A stretch of 64,000 bases of DNA from assembly GCA_015492245.1 (NCBI GenBank), contig WGFM01000006.1, positions 13,418 through 77,417 of the forward strand, written 5' to 3'. The position numbers and the translations under genes were made by a program. Positions within the stretch are counted from its first letter, which is position 1; the number at the start of each line of letters is the position of its first letter. The notes under the pieces were generated by a model that saw only the letters and a program-made list of their open reading frames with translations, had not been told where the DNA came from and made no database searches. This stretch comes from Deltaproteobacteria bacterium. GTDB lineage: Bacteria > Desulfobacterota > GWC2-55-46 > DRQE01. This document shows positions 21,231 to 31,540 of this stretch, in pieces.

Positions 21231-22084
21231 AGATAACAGGACGGACCAAGGTTGTGGGTATCTTTGGAGACCCTGTGGAACACTCCATATCTCCCTATGT
21301 ACACAATGCCTCTTTTGAGGCCATGGGCCTGGATTATGTCTATGTGCCATTCCGTGTAAAAAGGGAGATGCTCTCACACTGTGTGGTGGCCATAAGGGCC
21401 CTCCATATAAGAGGGATGAATGTAACCATACCCCACAAGGAGACCATCATGGCATTCCTTGACGAGCTGGATGAAGAGGCGGAAGAGATAGGGGCCATAA
21501 ACACTATCGTAAATACAGAGGGAAGGCTCAAGGGCTACAACACCGATAGCCTGGGCTATCTCAACAGCCTTACCGAGGAGATGGGGTTCGAACCCTCGGG
21601 AAAGAACATAATAGTGATAGGTGCAGGGGGTGCAGGAAGGGCTGTGGTATACGGGCTTGTCAAAAGGAGACCCCGCAATATCACAATAGCCAACAGGACA
21701 TGTGAGCGGGCTGTGGCACTTGCCGAAGAGGTGGGCGGAAAATACCGGTCTACAAGGCTTGTTGCTACAGGTCTTGACATAAAAGAGCATGTTAGAGACT
21801 GTCATCTCCTTGTCAACACCACATCCGTGGGTATGCAGGGTGCAAAAGGTGGGCTGGTGGTATCCATAGATGGATTGCCACGGGATGCCATAGTGTCGGA
21901 CATAGTCTACAGGCCCCTGGACACCCCCCTCATAAAAGAGGCCGAAAGGCTTGGGCTCAGGGTCCACAGGGGACTGGGCATGCTCGTCCATCAGGCAGCA
22001 CTCAGCTTCGAGCTATGGACAGGCAAAAAACCATCCATCGATGCCATGAGGTTTACAGCAGTCCAGTCGATGGAGGCACCATGA
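21227..22084 (+). CDS. aroE: Shikimate dehydrogenase
   Basis: VVGIFGDPVEHSISP and NTDSLG motifs, and a GAGGAGRA NADP-binding loop. Confidence 0.9.
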   Translation: MKITGRTKVVGIFGDPVEHSISPYVHNASFEAMGLDYVYVPFRVKREMLSHCVVAIRALHIRGMNVTIPHKETIMAFLDELDEEAEEIGAINTIVNTEGRLKGYNTDSLGYLNSLTEEMGFEPSGKNIIVIGAGGAGRAVVYGLVKRRPRNITIANRTCERAVALAEEVGGKYRSTRLVATGLDIKEHVRDCHLLVNTTSVGMQGAKGGLVVSIDGLPRDAIVSDIVYRPLDTPLIKEAERLGLRVHRGLGMLVHQAALSFELWTGKKPSIDAMRFTAVQSMEAP

Positions 22085-22797
22085 GGATAGTCTTCGTTGC
22101 AGATGCACATCTTCGTGGCATGGAGGATGAAAACCAGAGAAGGCTCGTGGAGTTTCTTGACTGGCTTGCCACCTATAGGCCCCACAAGCTCATAATCCTT
22201 GGAGACCTCTTCGAGTTCTGGACAGGACTAAACGGCGTCATCTACTCACACTATTTTCCCGTGCTGAAGGGCTTTGAACACCTCAAAGAGGGTGGCACAG
22301 AGATAATCTACCTTGAAGGCAACCACGATTTCTCCCTTGGCCAGTTCTTCACAGGCTTTCTGGGGGCAAAGGTGTATCGTGATTCCGCAACACTTGAGCT
22401 CGATGGCAAGAGGTTCTACCTCGCCCATGGAGATATTGCGGACCCAAGCCCTGGCTACAACCTCTGGAGATGGTTCCTGCGTAGCCCGCTTTTCAGGTTC
22501 ATCCTCATGGTGTTGCATCCATCGCTGGTGTGGAAGATAGCCCTGAGGCTTTCGGAAAGGGGCAGGCTCTATCCCGAGAGGGCATCCACAATAGAACGAC
22601 GCCACAGGGAGTTTGCAAAAAGAAGGATACTGAGCGGTTACGATGTGGTGGTGCTCGCCCACTCCCACATTCAGGGCATGGAAAGACTCGCCACACCCAG
22701 AAAAGAGGGCCTATATGCCAACCCGGGTGGCTGGAGAGAAGAGTTCAACTACATGGTCTACGAGGATGGACAATTTCTACTAAAAAAATACTCTTGA
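22081..22797 (+). CDS. lpxH: UDP-2,3-diacylglucosamine hydrolase-like metallophosphoesterase
   Basis: MRIVFVADAHL..ILGDLFEFW and GNHD motifs of calcineurin-like phosphoesterases, at LpxH length. The start overlaps the aroE stop. Confidence 0.65.
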   Translation: MRIVFVADAHLRGMEDENQRRLVEFLDWLATYRPHKLIILGDLFEFWTGLNGVIYSHYFPVLKGFEHLKEGGTEIIYLEGNHDFSLGQFFTGFLGAKVYRDSATLELDGKRFYLAHGDIADPSPGYNLWRWFLRSPLFRFILMVLHPSLVWKIALRLSERGRLYPERASTIERRHREFAKRRILSGYDVVVLAHSHIQGMERLATPRKEGLYANPGGWREEFNYMVYEDGQFLLKKYS

Positions 22798-22815
22798 AAG
22801 GAGGTATACCGCACT

Positions 22816-23190
22816 ATGAAGTTTGTAACCGCAATAAACTGCATGGATGGAAGAACACAGTTACCGGTCTCAGAACATCTTAAGACAAAATATGGTGCAA
22901 CCTATGTGGATACCATAACAGAGCCTGGTGTGGACAGGATAGTTGCTGAAGAGCCAGAAGATAGCCCTGTTATAGAGGCATTGAAGAAGAAGTGCAACAT
23001 ATCCATAGAACACCACAAATCTGACCTCATAGCCCTGGTTGGCCACCATGGTTGCGCGGGAAACCCTGTTGAGAAGGCCGAACACCTGGAGCACATAAAA
23101 AAGGCGGTTGAAAGGCTCAAGGGCTGGTACCCGCAGCTCAGGGTAATAGGCATATGGGTGGATGAAGAGTGGAAGGCAAATGAACTTTAA
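22816..23190 (+). CDS. Small (124 aa) protein with beta-carbonic-anhydrase-like zinc-ligand motifs (C-x-D-x-R ... H-x-x-C)
   Basis: NCMDGRTQ near the N-terminus and GHHGCAGN about 65 aa later. It is shorter than canonical beta-CAs (about 170-220 aa). Confidence 0.4.
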   Translation: MKFVTAINCMDGRTQLPVSEHLKTKYGATYVDTITEPGVDRIVAEEPEDSPVIEALKKKCNISIEHHKSDLIALVGHHGCAGNPVEKAEHLEHIKKAVERLKGWYPQLRVIGIWVDEEWKANEL

Positions 23191-23205
23191 AAGACAGGGG
23201 GAGTC

Positions 23206-23520
23206 ATGAAGGGCTTTAAGGCCATCTGTGGGATTGCGGCCTTTGTTCTCTCTTCAAGTGTTGCCGTGGCAGGGGATATATCCTTCAGAACCATAGAGGA
23301 GAAGGTGCTTGCAGCTGACAGGCGGTGCACCGCCTGTCATGGCACCGAAGGCCCAGAGGTGGAACTAACCTATGAGGCCATGAAGGGTTATCTCGAGGAT
23401 GCCACGGAAGAGGAAATCTTAAACGACGAGTGGTTTCCCATGACATACTGTAACGGCCCACTGGATGAGGCAGGTAAAGACCTCATTATCCAGTGGCACA
23501 GGGCAGGGCTTCCACAGTAA
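23206..23520 (+). CDS. Small secreted monoheme c-type cytochrome
   Basis: Signal peptide, then a single CTACH (CxxCH) heme-binding motif. Confidence 0.6.
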   Translation: MKGFKAICGIAAFVLSSSVAVAGDISFRTIEEKVLAADRRCTACHGTEGPEVELTYEAMKGYLEDATEEEILNDEWFPMTYCNGPLDEAGKDLIIQWHRAGLPQ

Positions 23521-23525
23521 CGGCC

Positions 23526-24005
23526 TTAGACCCGGTGGTCCTTCTTTATCACCATTGTGGCTGCAAGTCTGTCTCCTATTCGCATGCCATGATCATCCTC
23601 ATACATGGTGTAGACCTCGAGAAGGACCACCACGACCCCTGCCACCGCCACAAGGAGAATGCCCACATAGGGTATCCATCCCACCACCACACACAGGACA
23701 AAGGGGACGGCAAAGAGTGAGTTGCGCTTTATGGACTCAAGGAAATCACAGGCACTGCCATCCCTCAGGAGGCTTATGGTCATAAGCCCTGCAAGCCTTT
23801 TGCCCACACTCTGGCCGCCACTGAATCCATCGGATATCAGGATGTAGGTAACAGCTGCCACAGGGCCTGTAATTGCTGTGAGCTCAAAGAGAAATCCAGC
23901 AATGATGAAGTCCATAAGCTTTGCAAGGGCTCTGTCCAGTGGAGGAACCTTGCTGTAGGGTAGCTCACCGAATCCTTCTTCCAGTATGTCCTCTTCCATA
24001 ATCAC
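23526..24005 (-). CDS. RDD family membrane protein
   Basis: Three TM segments and a GQSVGKRLAGL motif typical of the RDD family. Confidence 0.55.
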   Translation of the reverse strand: MIMEEDILEEGFGELPYSKVPPLDRALAKLMDFIIAGFLFELTAITGPVAAVTYILISDGFSGGQSVGKRLAGLMTISLLRDGSACDFLESIKRNSLFAVPFVLCVVVGWIPYVGILLVAVAGVVVVLLEVYTMYEDDHGMRIGDRLAATMVIKKDHRV

Positions 24006-24205
24006 CCGTCCGTGTCGTCCACCTCTTTTGTGAATAGTATGAAGGCCATGGCAGGCCTTTTAGATGCCTCACGCATGGCAAAGTGTATACCATCGAGTGT
24101 CCAGCCATCCTGAATGGTGGTGTTTATGGCCTCTTCGAGGTCCCTGTCTGTAACGGTGGATAGCTCCACCACCCTGTACTCGAGTCTCTTGTTTTTTTTC
24201 ACCAT
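24002..24205 (-). CDS. DUF4177-like small protein
   Basis: 67 aa. The K..EYRVVEL start is typical of DUF4177. It overlaps the downstream RDD gene by 4 nt. Confidence 0.45.
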   Translation of the reverse strand: MVKKNKRLEYRVVELSTVTDRDLEEAINTTIQDGWTLDGIHFAMREASKRPAMAFILFTKEVDDTDG

Positions 24206-24225
24206 GGTGTCTGTTGTATCGGTCT

Positions 24226-25374
24226 TTACTCACCCGAGGCCTTCTTCTTTCTCAGCTGGTGGGCGCGTTTGGCCTCTTCACTGGGCTGGTATGTGCAGAA
24301 GGGCTCTTCCTCCATGTAGTCTCCTGTGAAGGCATAGGCCCTTGCCCTGCAACCACCGCAGACACTACGGAACTCGCAGTAGCCGCATCTACCCTTGTAG
24401 TCGTCCCATGCACGCATCTCCTGGAAGACCTTCGAGGTGTGCCATATCCTGCTGAAGGGCTCCTTCCTTATATCTCCACACTCGACCTCCAGGAATCCAC
24501 ATATCTGCACCTTTCCCATATGGGACAGGAAGGCAAAGGTCTGCCCACCCATGCAGCCCTTGCTCATGGCATCGAGCCCATGGGTCTGCTTTGTAACGGT
24601 TCGGCCCTTCTTCTTCTCCCCCTGGCGAAATATCCTGTAATAATGTGGTGCACAGGTGGGTTTGAACTGTATGGGCACCTTCTCACGCATCTGGTAGAAC
24701 CACTCGAGGGTACGCTCGTACTCTTCAGGGGGTATCTCAAGGTGTTTCAGGTTTGCTCCCCTGCCAGTGGGCACAAGCAGGAAGGGATGATGTGCCTTTG
24801 CACCGAGTCTTATCACAAGCTCGAGTATCTCGGGCAGCTCATCTATGTTGTGCTTCGATATGGTTGTGTTCACCTGGAACTCAAGGCCCACCTTCTTGCA
24901 GTTCTCGATGGCCTTTATGACACTGTCGAAAGAGCCTGGCACCCGGCGGAAGTTGTCATGGGTCTCGGCTGTGGCGCCATCTATGGAGAAGCTCACCCGT
25001 TTTATGCCCACCTCGAGCATCTTTCTTGCGGCCTCCTCTGTTACAAGAAAACCGCATGGTGCCATGACCATCCTGAGACCGAGCTCTGTACCGTGGCGGG
25101 CTATATCCCATATGTCCTCTCTCAACATGGGCTCACCGCCGGTCATTATGATTATTGGGCTTGAAAATGATGCCACATCGTCGAGAAATTCAAGACACTC
25201 CTCTGTGGTGAGCTCATTGGGGTATGGACCAAAGCGTGCCGCCGCACGGCAGTGTATGCAATCGAGGTTACAGGAGCGTGTTAGCTCCCATGCTATGAGC
25301 CTTGGAAGCCATACTTTTCTACCTTCCTGCCCACCGTGGCCTCCATGTGTATGTTCAGCCTGTTTTTTGGTCAT
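24226..25374 (-). CDS. ahbD: Radical SAM/SPASM protein, AhbD/NirJ family (candidate heme synthase of the alternative heme pathway)
   Basis: CNLDCIHC radical SAM triad and a C-terminal SPASM Cys cluster (CGYCEFRSVCGGCRARAY). It is the last gene of a hemA-hemC-hemD-hemB operon that also has sirC. Confidence 0.55.
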   Translation of the reverse strand: MTKKQAEHTHGGHGGQEGRKVWLPRLIAWELTRSCNLDCIHCRAAARFGPYPNELTTEECLEFLDDVASFSSPIIIMTGGEPMLREDIWDIARHGTELGLRMVMAPCGFLVTEEAARKMLEVGIKRVSFSIDGATAETHDNFRRVPGSFDSVIKAIENCKKVGLEFQVNTTISKHNIDELPEILELVIRLGAKAHHPFLLVPTGRGANLKHLEIPPEEYERTLEWFYQMREKVPIQFKPTCAPHYYRIFRQGEKKKGRTVTKQTHGLDAMSKGCMGGQTFAFLSHMGKVQICGFLEVECGDIRKEPFSRIWHTSKVFQEMRAWDDYKGRCGYCEFRSVCGGCRARAYAFTGDYMEEEPFCTYQPSEEAKRAHQLRKKKASGE

Positions 25375-25390
25375 GGTTTCTGACTCCTCT

Positions 25391-26365
25391 TTAACCGTTG
25401 AGTATCTTTGCAGCATCCTCTGCAAAGTATGTGAGTATGAGCCCCGCACCTGCCCTCTTTATGGAAATAAGGGTCTCCATCATGACCTTCTCTTCGTCTA
25501 TCCAGCCCTTCTGGGCTGCGGCCTTTATCATGGAGTATTCCCCGCTTACATTGTATGCGGCCACAGGATAACCCGTCTCTTCCTTGACCCTTCTTATTAT
25601 GTCAAGATAGGGCAGTGCAGGCTTTACCATCACTATATCTGCACCTTCCTCTATATCGAGCATGACCTCCCTTAGGGCCTCTTCACTGTTGGGAGGGTCC
25701 ATCTGATAGCCCTTTCTGTCCCCGAACCCCGGGGTGGACCCGGCTGCCTCCCTGAAGGGCCCATAGAAGGCACTTGCATATTTGGCAGAGTAACTCATTA
25801 TGGGTATGTGGCTGTAACCACTCTCATCGAGCACACCCCTTATGGCAGCCACCCTTCCATCCATCATGTCCGAGGGGGATACCATATCACAACCTGCCCT
25901 TGCATGGGACAGGGCCATCTCGCGCAGGACCTCAAGGGTGGCATCGTTGTCCACATCCCTTCCCTTTATGATACCACAATGGCCATGCGTTGTATACTCG
26001 CAGAGGCATACATCGGTTATGACCACCATGTCTGGTGCCTTGTCCTTTATCTCTTTTATTGCAAGCTGCACAGGGCCAGAGGGATCGAGGGCGGAACTGC
26101 CCACCTCGTCCTTGCGCTCTGGTATGCCGAAAAGCATTACCCCCGGGATACCGAGCCCTCTGGCCTCAAGCGCCCTTGAGGCTGCAAGCTCAGGGGAAAG
26201 CTGTGAATGGCCTGGCATGGAGGGAATGGGGTTTTCAACCCCTCTGCCGTATATGACAAAAAGGGGCAGTATGAAATCCCTGGGGGTGAGCACAGTTTCT
26301 GCAACCATCTCTCTTATGACCTTGTTCCTTCTCAACCTTCTCGGTCTGTACATGGGAAAACGCAT
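25391..26365 (-). CDS. hemB: Porphobilinogen synthase (delta-aminolevulinic acid dehydratase)
   Basis: 324 aa. YRPRRLRRN start, a Cys-rich metal site ([14 protein letters not shown]) and an active-site Lys region. Confidence 0.95.
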   Translation of the reverse strand: MRFPMYRPRRLRRNKVIREMVAETVLTPRDFILPLFVIYGRGVENPIPSMPGHSQLSPELAASRALEARGLGIPGVMLFGIPERKDEVGSSALDPSGPVQLAIKEIKDKAPDMVVITDVCLCEYTTHGHCGIIKGRDVDNDATLEVLREMALSHARAGCDMVSPSDMMDGRVAAIRGVLDESGYSHIPIMSYSAKYASAFYGPFREAAGSTPGFGDRKGYQMDPPNSEEALREVMLDIEEGADIVMVKPALPYLDIIRRVKEETGYPVAAYNVSGEYSMIKAAAQKGWIDEEKVMMETLISIKRAGAGLILTYFAEDAAKILNG

Positions 26366-26367
26366 GT

Positions 26368-27918
26368 CTAACTGCCCTCCTTTCTTCTTGCATCTGTTCC
26401 GAAATACTCTGCTATGGCCCCTGCAAATGCAGGTATGGTGTATTCCCGTGGTACTATGTGAACCTCAAGCCCGAGGGAGCGTGCCCTCTCTTCTGTTATA
26501 GGGCCTATGCAGGCTATCTTCGTGTCTTCAAGTAGTTCTGTGAGTTCTCCCTTTCTGAATGCGGCAACGAAGTTGCTTACCGTTGAAGAGGATGTGAATG
26601 TTACGACATCCACCCTCTCTTTCCTGAGGAACTCCCTAAGTGAGGCCGCCTCCTTGCGTGGCCTCACCGTTCTATAGACAGGCACCACATCGATGCTTCC
26701 GCCAAGGTGTCTTATCTCCTCAGGCAGCACCTCTCTTGCCTTCTCTGCCCTGGGCAGAAGAAACCTCTTGCCCCCTATCCTCCTTCTACCCAGTGCCTCG
26801 AGGATGCCCTCTGCCCTGTACTCTTCTGGCACCACATCCACATTGAACCCCCTTTCTACGAGGGCACCCTCTGTGGCAGGCCCTATGGCACAGAGTTTCG
26901 CACAACCCAGTCTTCTTACATCGTAACCAAGTTTATAGAGCCTTTCGAAGAAAAACCTCACCCCGTTAACGCTGGTGAATATGATGTAGTCATAGACGGA
27001 AAGCCTTTTTATGGCCCTATCGAGGGGCTTCCATGTAACAGGTGCTGCCATCTTTATGGTGGGAAAGGTTATGACATCTGCGCCCATCTCCTCAAGAAGA
27101 CGGGAGAAGCGGCCTGCCTGCTCCTGGGTGCGTGTTACAACAATCCTTCTTCCAAAAAGGGGCCTTCTCTCATACCAGTTTAGTTTCTCTCTGAGCCCCA
27201 CTATCTCTCCCACAACTATTATGACAGGTGGTTTTATACCCTCTCTTTCCACCCTCTCTGCAATATCCTCAAGGCTTCCCGCTATACAACGCTGTTTTGC
27301 AAGGGTGCCCCACCTTATGACAGCAACAGGCGTGGCAGCGGGTCTGCCTTCTTCGATGAGTTTTTTCGTTATCTCCCCGAGTCTCTTCCACCCCATAAGG
27401 ATCACAAGGGTGCCATCCTTTATGGAAAGGCTCTCCCACAGCCTCTTTACGGCCCTCTTGCCCTCGCCTTCCTGTCCGGTAAGGAATGTAACAGAGGATG
27501 CATAGTCTCTGTGTGTAAGGGGTATCCCTGCATAGGCTGGCACAGATATGGCAGAGGTAACCCCTGGTACCACCTCGAAGGTTATGCCTTCTTCTACAAG
27601 TGCCAGGGCCTCCTCTGCCCCACGGCCGAATACGAAGGGGTCGCCACCCTTAAGCCTTACAACCCTCCTACCCCTCTTTGCATGGTCTATCATGAGCCCT
27701 GTTATCTCGTCCTGCTGGATGTGGCGGAACCTTCCCTTCTTGCCCACATATATCTTCTCTGTCCCCTTTCTTGCATATTCCAGCAGACGCTCGTTCGCAA
27801 GAAAGTCGTATATAACCACATCTGCCCTGCCAAGGGCCTCGATCCCCTTTAGAGTTATAAGCCCTGCATCTCCAGGGCCTGCACCTACAAGGTATACCTG
27901 TGGAGTATTCATAAACAT
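26368..27918 (-). CDS. cobA/hemD: Bifunctional uroporphyrinogen-III C-methyltransferase / uroporphyrinogen-III synthase
   Basis: The N-terminus [18 protein letters not shown] is a SUMT motif, and the C-terminal ~240 aa is HemD-like. Confidence 0.9.
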   Translation of the reverse strand: MFMNTPQVYLVGAGPGDAGLITLKGIEALGRADVVIYDFLANERLLEYARKGTEKIYVGKKGRFRHIQQDEITGLMIDHAKRGRRVVRLKGGDPFVFGRGAEEALALVEEGITFEVVPGVTSAISVPAYAGIPLTHRDYASSVTFLTGQEGEGKRAVKRLWESLSIKDGTLVILMGWKRLGEITKKLIEEGRPAATPVAVIRWGTLAKQRCIAGSLEDIAERVEREGIKPPVIIVVGEIVGLREKLNWYERRPLFGRRIVVTRTQEQAGRFSRLLEEMGADVITFPTIKMAAPVTWKPLDRAIKRLSVYDYIIFTSVNGVRFFFERLYKLGYDVRRLGCAKLCAIGPATEGALVERGFNVDVVPEEYRAEGILEALGRRRIGGKRFLLPRAEKAREVLPEEIRHLGGSIDVVPVYRTVRPRKEAASLREFLRKERVDVVTFTSSSTVSNFVAAFRKGELTELLEDTKIACIGPITEERARSLGLEVHIVPREYTIPAFAGAIAEYFGTDARRKEGS

Positions 27919-27927
27919 CTATATTAT

Positions 27928-29265
27928 CTACTCGCCTCCTTCTGGTTCCATGCGGAATGTCATCCTTAATCCACCAACCTCTATTGTGTCGCCATCCTGG
28001 AGGACCTTCTCGGCGAGCTTCTCTCCGTTTATCTTAAGGGAGCTGAGCCCACCTTTTCTTATAATCTTGTAAACATCTCTACCCTTTATTATTACGGCAT
28101 GCCTTCTGGCAACCAGTATGCCCTCCACCCTTATGTCTGCCTCTTCATCCTTGCCTATGGTGGTGATGCTGCCAAGCCTGTGGGTGGAGCCATCCTCAAA
28201 CTCGAGGTATGCCCTGCTGTATGCCTTCGATTCCTTTACCTCGAGAGCGGGCTCGAGCTCGAGCACATCTGTGCCGGATGGGCTCTGAGAGGTGGAAGAA
28301 CCCGCCTCTTCGGGATCCTCTTTCTTCTCTGGCATATGAAATCTCAGCGTGTAGCGCCTTATCTTTATCTCGTCTCCATCGAAGAGTTCCTTCGTCTCTA
28401 TCCTTATGCCCTTGAAGTATGTGCCGTTGGCACTGTCAAGGTCTTTTATCATGTATCTGTCCCCCTTCTTCTCTATTGTGGCATGTTCTCTCGAGACCCC
28501 TGCCTCCTCGAGCACAATGGCGTTGGTGGTCTCCCTTCCTATGGTGAGCCCTTCTCCCACAGGGAAACTTCCCCTCACAGCACCTTCCTCCAAAACATCC
28601 ACCCAGGCTCCTTCCATGCCTTCATCTTCCCTGTCTTTATAATAGGATGTAAGGCCACTATCGTTCAGCAGTATGGAGTCCTCTGCGGGCCTGACCTTTA
28701 TGTCTCTATATACCTCAACGGAGAGGGGTCTTCCAAGGGACTCCACATAAAGAAGAAGCCTTTCAAGGGGTGAACCCTCTGTGCCCACATCCTCTGGCAG
28801 AAAGAGGGATACAGGCTTACCCTTTATGAATATGACAAAGGATAGCCTGCCCTCTGCAAGAAGGCTCATTATAACATCCTCTTCCCCCTGCTCTATCCTC
28901 TTTACCATGTCTTCAAGTGCCACCTTGTCTGTGGAGAAACCCTCCGAGGGGGTGCGGCTGAGCATGACGAGGAAACAGAGGAGGAGCTTTTTATCTGCAG
29001 TGTAGAGGCTTACATCAGCCCTCTCTGCTTCTTTATACCACTGGAAGAACTCCTTTACCGATGTGGGCAGTCTGGTCCCGGCCTCTACAAGGGCTCCACA
29101 GTAGAGCCTCTCTGCTATAACGAAGAGGTAGCGCCTTTCTCTGTCCCTTCTTGCGAGCACATAGCCATCGGCAACATCCTGCCCGAGCCTCTCAATCAGT
29201 TCATCTATTCTCGAGAAGGGATAATCCTCTTCAGAAAACATCTTTTTTATGTAAGAGCCTTCCAT
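27928..29265 (-). CDS. Double FHA-domain protein with uncharacterised N-terminal domain
   Basis: Two FHA cores (GRETTNAIVLEEAGVSREHATIEKKGDRYMIKDLDSANGTY and IGKDEEADIRVEGILVARRHAVIIKGRDVYKIIRKGGLSSLKING). The ~220-aa N-terminal domain is unassigned. Confidence 0.65.
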   Translation of the reverse strand: MEGSYIKKMFSEEDYPFSRIDELIERLGQDVADGYVLARRDRERRYLFVIAERLYCGALVEAGTRLPTSVKEFFQWYKEAERADVSLYTADKKLLLCFLVMLSRTPSEGFSTDKVALEDMVKRIEQGEEDVIMSLLAEGRLSFVIFIKGKPVSLFLPEDVGTEGSPLERLLLYVESLGRPLSVEVYRDIKVRPAEDSILLNDSGLTSYYKDREDEGMEGAWVDVLEEGAVRGSFPVGEGLTIGRETTNAIVLEEAGVSREHATIEKKGDRYMIKDLDSANGTYFKGIRIETKELFDGDEIKIRRYTLRFHMPEKKEDPEEAGSSTSQSPSGTDVLELEPALEVKESKAYSRAYLEFEDGSTHRLGSITTIGKDEEADIRVEGILVARRHAVIIKGRDVYKIIRKGGLSSLKINGEKLAEKVLQDGDTIEVGGLRMTFRMEPEGGE

Positions 29266-29292
29266 AGCGTATCCTCTCTCCTTGCAATGCCA

Positions 29293-30237
29293 CTATCCTG
29301 CCCCTTCACTGCCATAGAGTTCTTCGAGGACCCTGTCTGCTCCCATACTGAGGAGCCTTTCTGCAAGCTCCATGCCGAGCCCTTCTGCCCCATCAAGACT
29401 ACCCTCCGTGGAATCCTTATAGATCGTCCTGCCATCCACAGTGCCAACAAGGCCTGAAAGCCTGATTCTGCCTTCTTCTACCGTGGCATGGGCAGCTATT
29501 GGCACCTGGCATCCACCCTCGAGCCTTTCGAGAAAGGCCCTCTCAGCCCTTACACTTACAGAGGTCTCCCTGTGGTCAAGGAATGTCACAAGCTCGTTTA
29601 TGAACCCATCTGACACCCTTGTCTCTATACCCAGTGCACCCTGGCCTATGGCAGGCAGCATAACATCTTTCGGTATGTATTCGGTTACATGGTCCTCGAA
29701 GCCGAGCCTTTTCATGCCTGCACCTGCAAGAACTATTGCATCGTAGAGTCCCTGACGGAGCTTTCTTAAGCGGGTGTCCAGGTTTCCCCTGAGGGTTGAG
29801 ATTTTAAGATCCCTCCTTATGTGCCAGAGCTGACACTGCCTTCTGAGGCTTGATGTGCCTATATGTGCACCCTCTGGAAGCTCCTTAAGGGTGGTTCCAT
29901 CCTTTGATACAAGCACATCCCGTGGGTCCTCCCTCTCTGTTATGGCCTTAAGATGAAGCCCTGCTGGAAGGGCTGTGGGCACATCCTTCATGGAGTGGAC
30001 TGCAAGGTCAACCATTCCTGAGAGCAATGCCTCCTCTATCTCCTTTACAAAAAGCCCCTTTCCACCTATCTTTGCAAGGGGAGAATCGAGAATCTTGTCC
30101 CCCGTGGTCTTTATCTTCACGAGCTCAACACTGAGTTGGGGGTATCTTTTTTCAAGCTCTCTCTTCACCCATTCTGCCTGCCAGAGGGCGAGCTTGCTAC
30201 TCCGTGTGCCTATCCTTACAGTCTTTTCAGTTTCCAC
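29293..30237 (-). CDS. hemC: Hydroxymethylbilane synthase (porphobilinogen deaminase)
   Basis: 314 aa. VRIGTRSSKLALWQAEWV N-terminal motif and a dipyrromethane cofactor Cys region. Confidence 0.95.
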   Translation of the reverse strand: METEKTVRIGTRSSKLALWQAEWVKRELEKRYPQLSVELVKIKTTGDKILDSPLAKIGGKGLFVKEIEEALLSGMVDLAVHSMKDVPTALPAGLHLKAITEREDPRDVLVSKDGTTLKELPEGAHIGTSSLRRQCQLWHIRRDLKISTLRGNLDTRLRKLRQGLYDAIVLAGAGMKRLGFEDHVTEYIPKDVMLPAIGQGALGIETRVSDGFINELVTFLDHRETSVSVRAERAFLERLEGGCQVPIAAHATVEEGRIRLSGLVGTVDGRTIYKDSTEGSLDGAEGLGMELAERLLSMGADRVLEELYGSEGAG

Positions 30238-31531
30238 CAGCTTCCCTCGCCTTCTTTATTATTTCTTCCTCTTCAAGACCGAAGAGTTTGATGGCCGCCT
30301 CTATGAAGGTATCGCCTTCCACAGAGTGCGCCTCCTGCTTTATGCAGGTAACAGGGTTGTGGAGTATCTTCTTTACCATGGCCTGCGTCATGGCATCGAG
30401 GACCTTTCTTTCCCTGTCTGAAAGGTTCTTAAGTTGCGAGAGTGCCCTTTCAAGCTCTGCCTTTCTTATGCCCTCAAGCCTCTGCTGGAGTGCTATTATC
30501 GTGGGCACCACATCGAGGGACCTGACCCATCGGTATAGACCATCTATCTCTTCTGTCACTATGAGTTCTGCCTGCTCGGCCTCCTTGAGCCTTTCTTTAA
30601 GGTTTGCCTCCACCACGCCCTGAAGGTCGTCTATATCGAACACATAGGCATTGTCTATGTTGTTTACCAGCGGGTCTATGTTCCTCGGCACAGCAATATC
30701 TATGAAGAACATGGGGCAGTGCTTTCTTTCTTTCATCACGCCTGCCACATCCTCGGGCCTTATTATGAACTTTGGTGAGCCTGTGGATGCTATAACTATG
30801 TCTGTGTACTTCAGGTAATGGGAAAACTCTCTGAACATTATGGCCCTTCCCCTGAACTCTTTTGCAAGCTCCACCGCTCTCTCGTATGTCCTGTTGGCTA
30901 TTATGATTTCCTTTACCCCTGCCCCAAGAAGGCTCCGTGCCGAGAGCTCTGCCATCTCACCAGCACCTATGAGCATAACGGTTCTGCCTGTAAGCTCACC
31001 GAATATCTTCTTTGCAAGCTCCACTGCAACGGAGCTTACAGAAACGCTGGATGCACCTATGCGGGTCTCTGTTCTCACCCTTTTTGCAACAGAGAATGCC
31101 TTGTGGAAGAGCTTGTTTATGACCGTGCCTGCCGTATTGCTCTGGACAGCCATACCATAGGCATCTTTCACCTGCCCCAGTATCTGTGGCTCACCCATAA
31201 CCATGGAATCGAGCCCGCAGGCAACCCTGAAAAGATGCCTTGCACAGTCCTCACCTGCATGCACATAAAGATGGTCCTTTATATCATCATAGGGTATGTC
31301 GTGGTATTCGGAAAGAAACTTCTTTACCTCCCACACACCCTTTTCCATATCGTGCACCACACCTATGACCTCTACCCTGTTGCAGGTGGATATGATAACC
31401 GCCTCGTTTATGTTGTAATGGTTAACAAGCCTCCTGAGTGCACGAGGAAGCTCTTCTTCTCTGAAGGCAAACTGCTCCCTTATCTCAACAGGGGCTGTTC
31501 TGTGGTTGAGTCCTACAGTTACTATATTCAT
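30227..31531 (-). CDS. hemA: Glutamyl-tRNA reductase
   Basis: 434 aa. VGLNHRTAPVEIRE start, a catalytic Cys (STCNRVE) and an NADPH-binding GAGEMA. Confidence 0.95.
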   Translation of the reverse strand: MNIVTVGLNHRTAPVEIREQFAFREEELPRALRRLVNHYNINEAVIISTCNRVEVIGVVHDMEKGVWEVKKFLSEYHDIPYDDIKDHLYVHAGEDCARHLFRVACGLDSMVMGEPQILGQVKDAYGMAVQSNTAGTVINKLFHKAFSVAKRVRTETRIGASSVSVSSVAVELAKKIFGELTGRTVMLIGAGEMAELSARSLLGAGVKEIIIANRTYERAVELAKEFRGRAIMFREFSHYLKYTDIVIASTGSPKFIIRPEDVAGVMKERKHCPMFFIDIAVPRNIDPLVNNIDNAYVFDIDDLQGVVEANLKERLKEAEQAELIVTEEIDGLYRWVRSLDVVPTIIALQQRLEGIRKAELERALSQLKNLSDRERKVLDAMTQAMVKKILHNPVTCIKQEAHSVEGDTFIEAAIKLFGLEEEEIIKKAREAGGN

Positions 31532-31540
31532 CTCAAGCCC

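Noticed and set aside
21571-21600. GGGGTTCGAACCC, a tRNA T-arm-like string
   Set aside because: It lies inside aroE coding sequence (EMGFEPSG) with no acceptor or anticodon arm context. I could not identify any tRNA gene in the window.
24214-25164. 316-aa plus-strand ORF antisense to the radical SAM gene
   Set aside because: A shadow ORF. The radical SAM/SPASM motifs on the minus strand are decisive.
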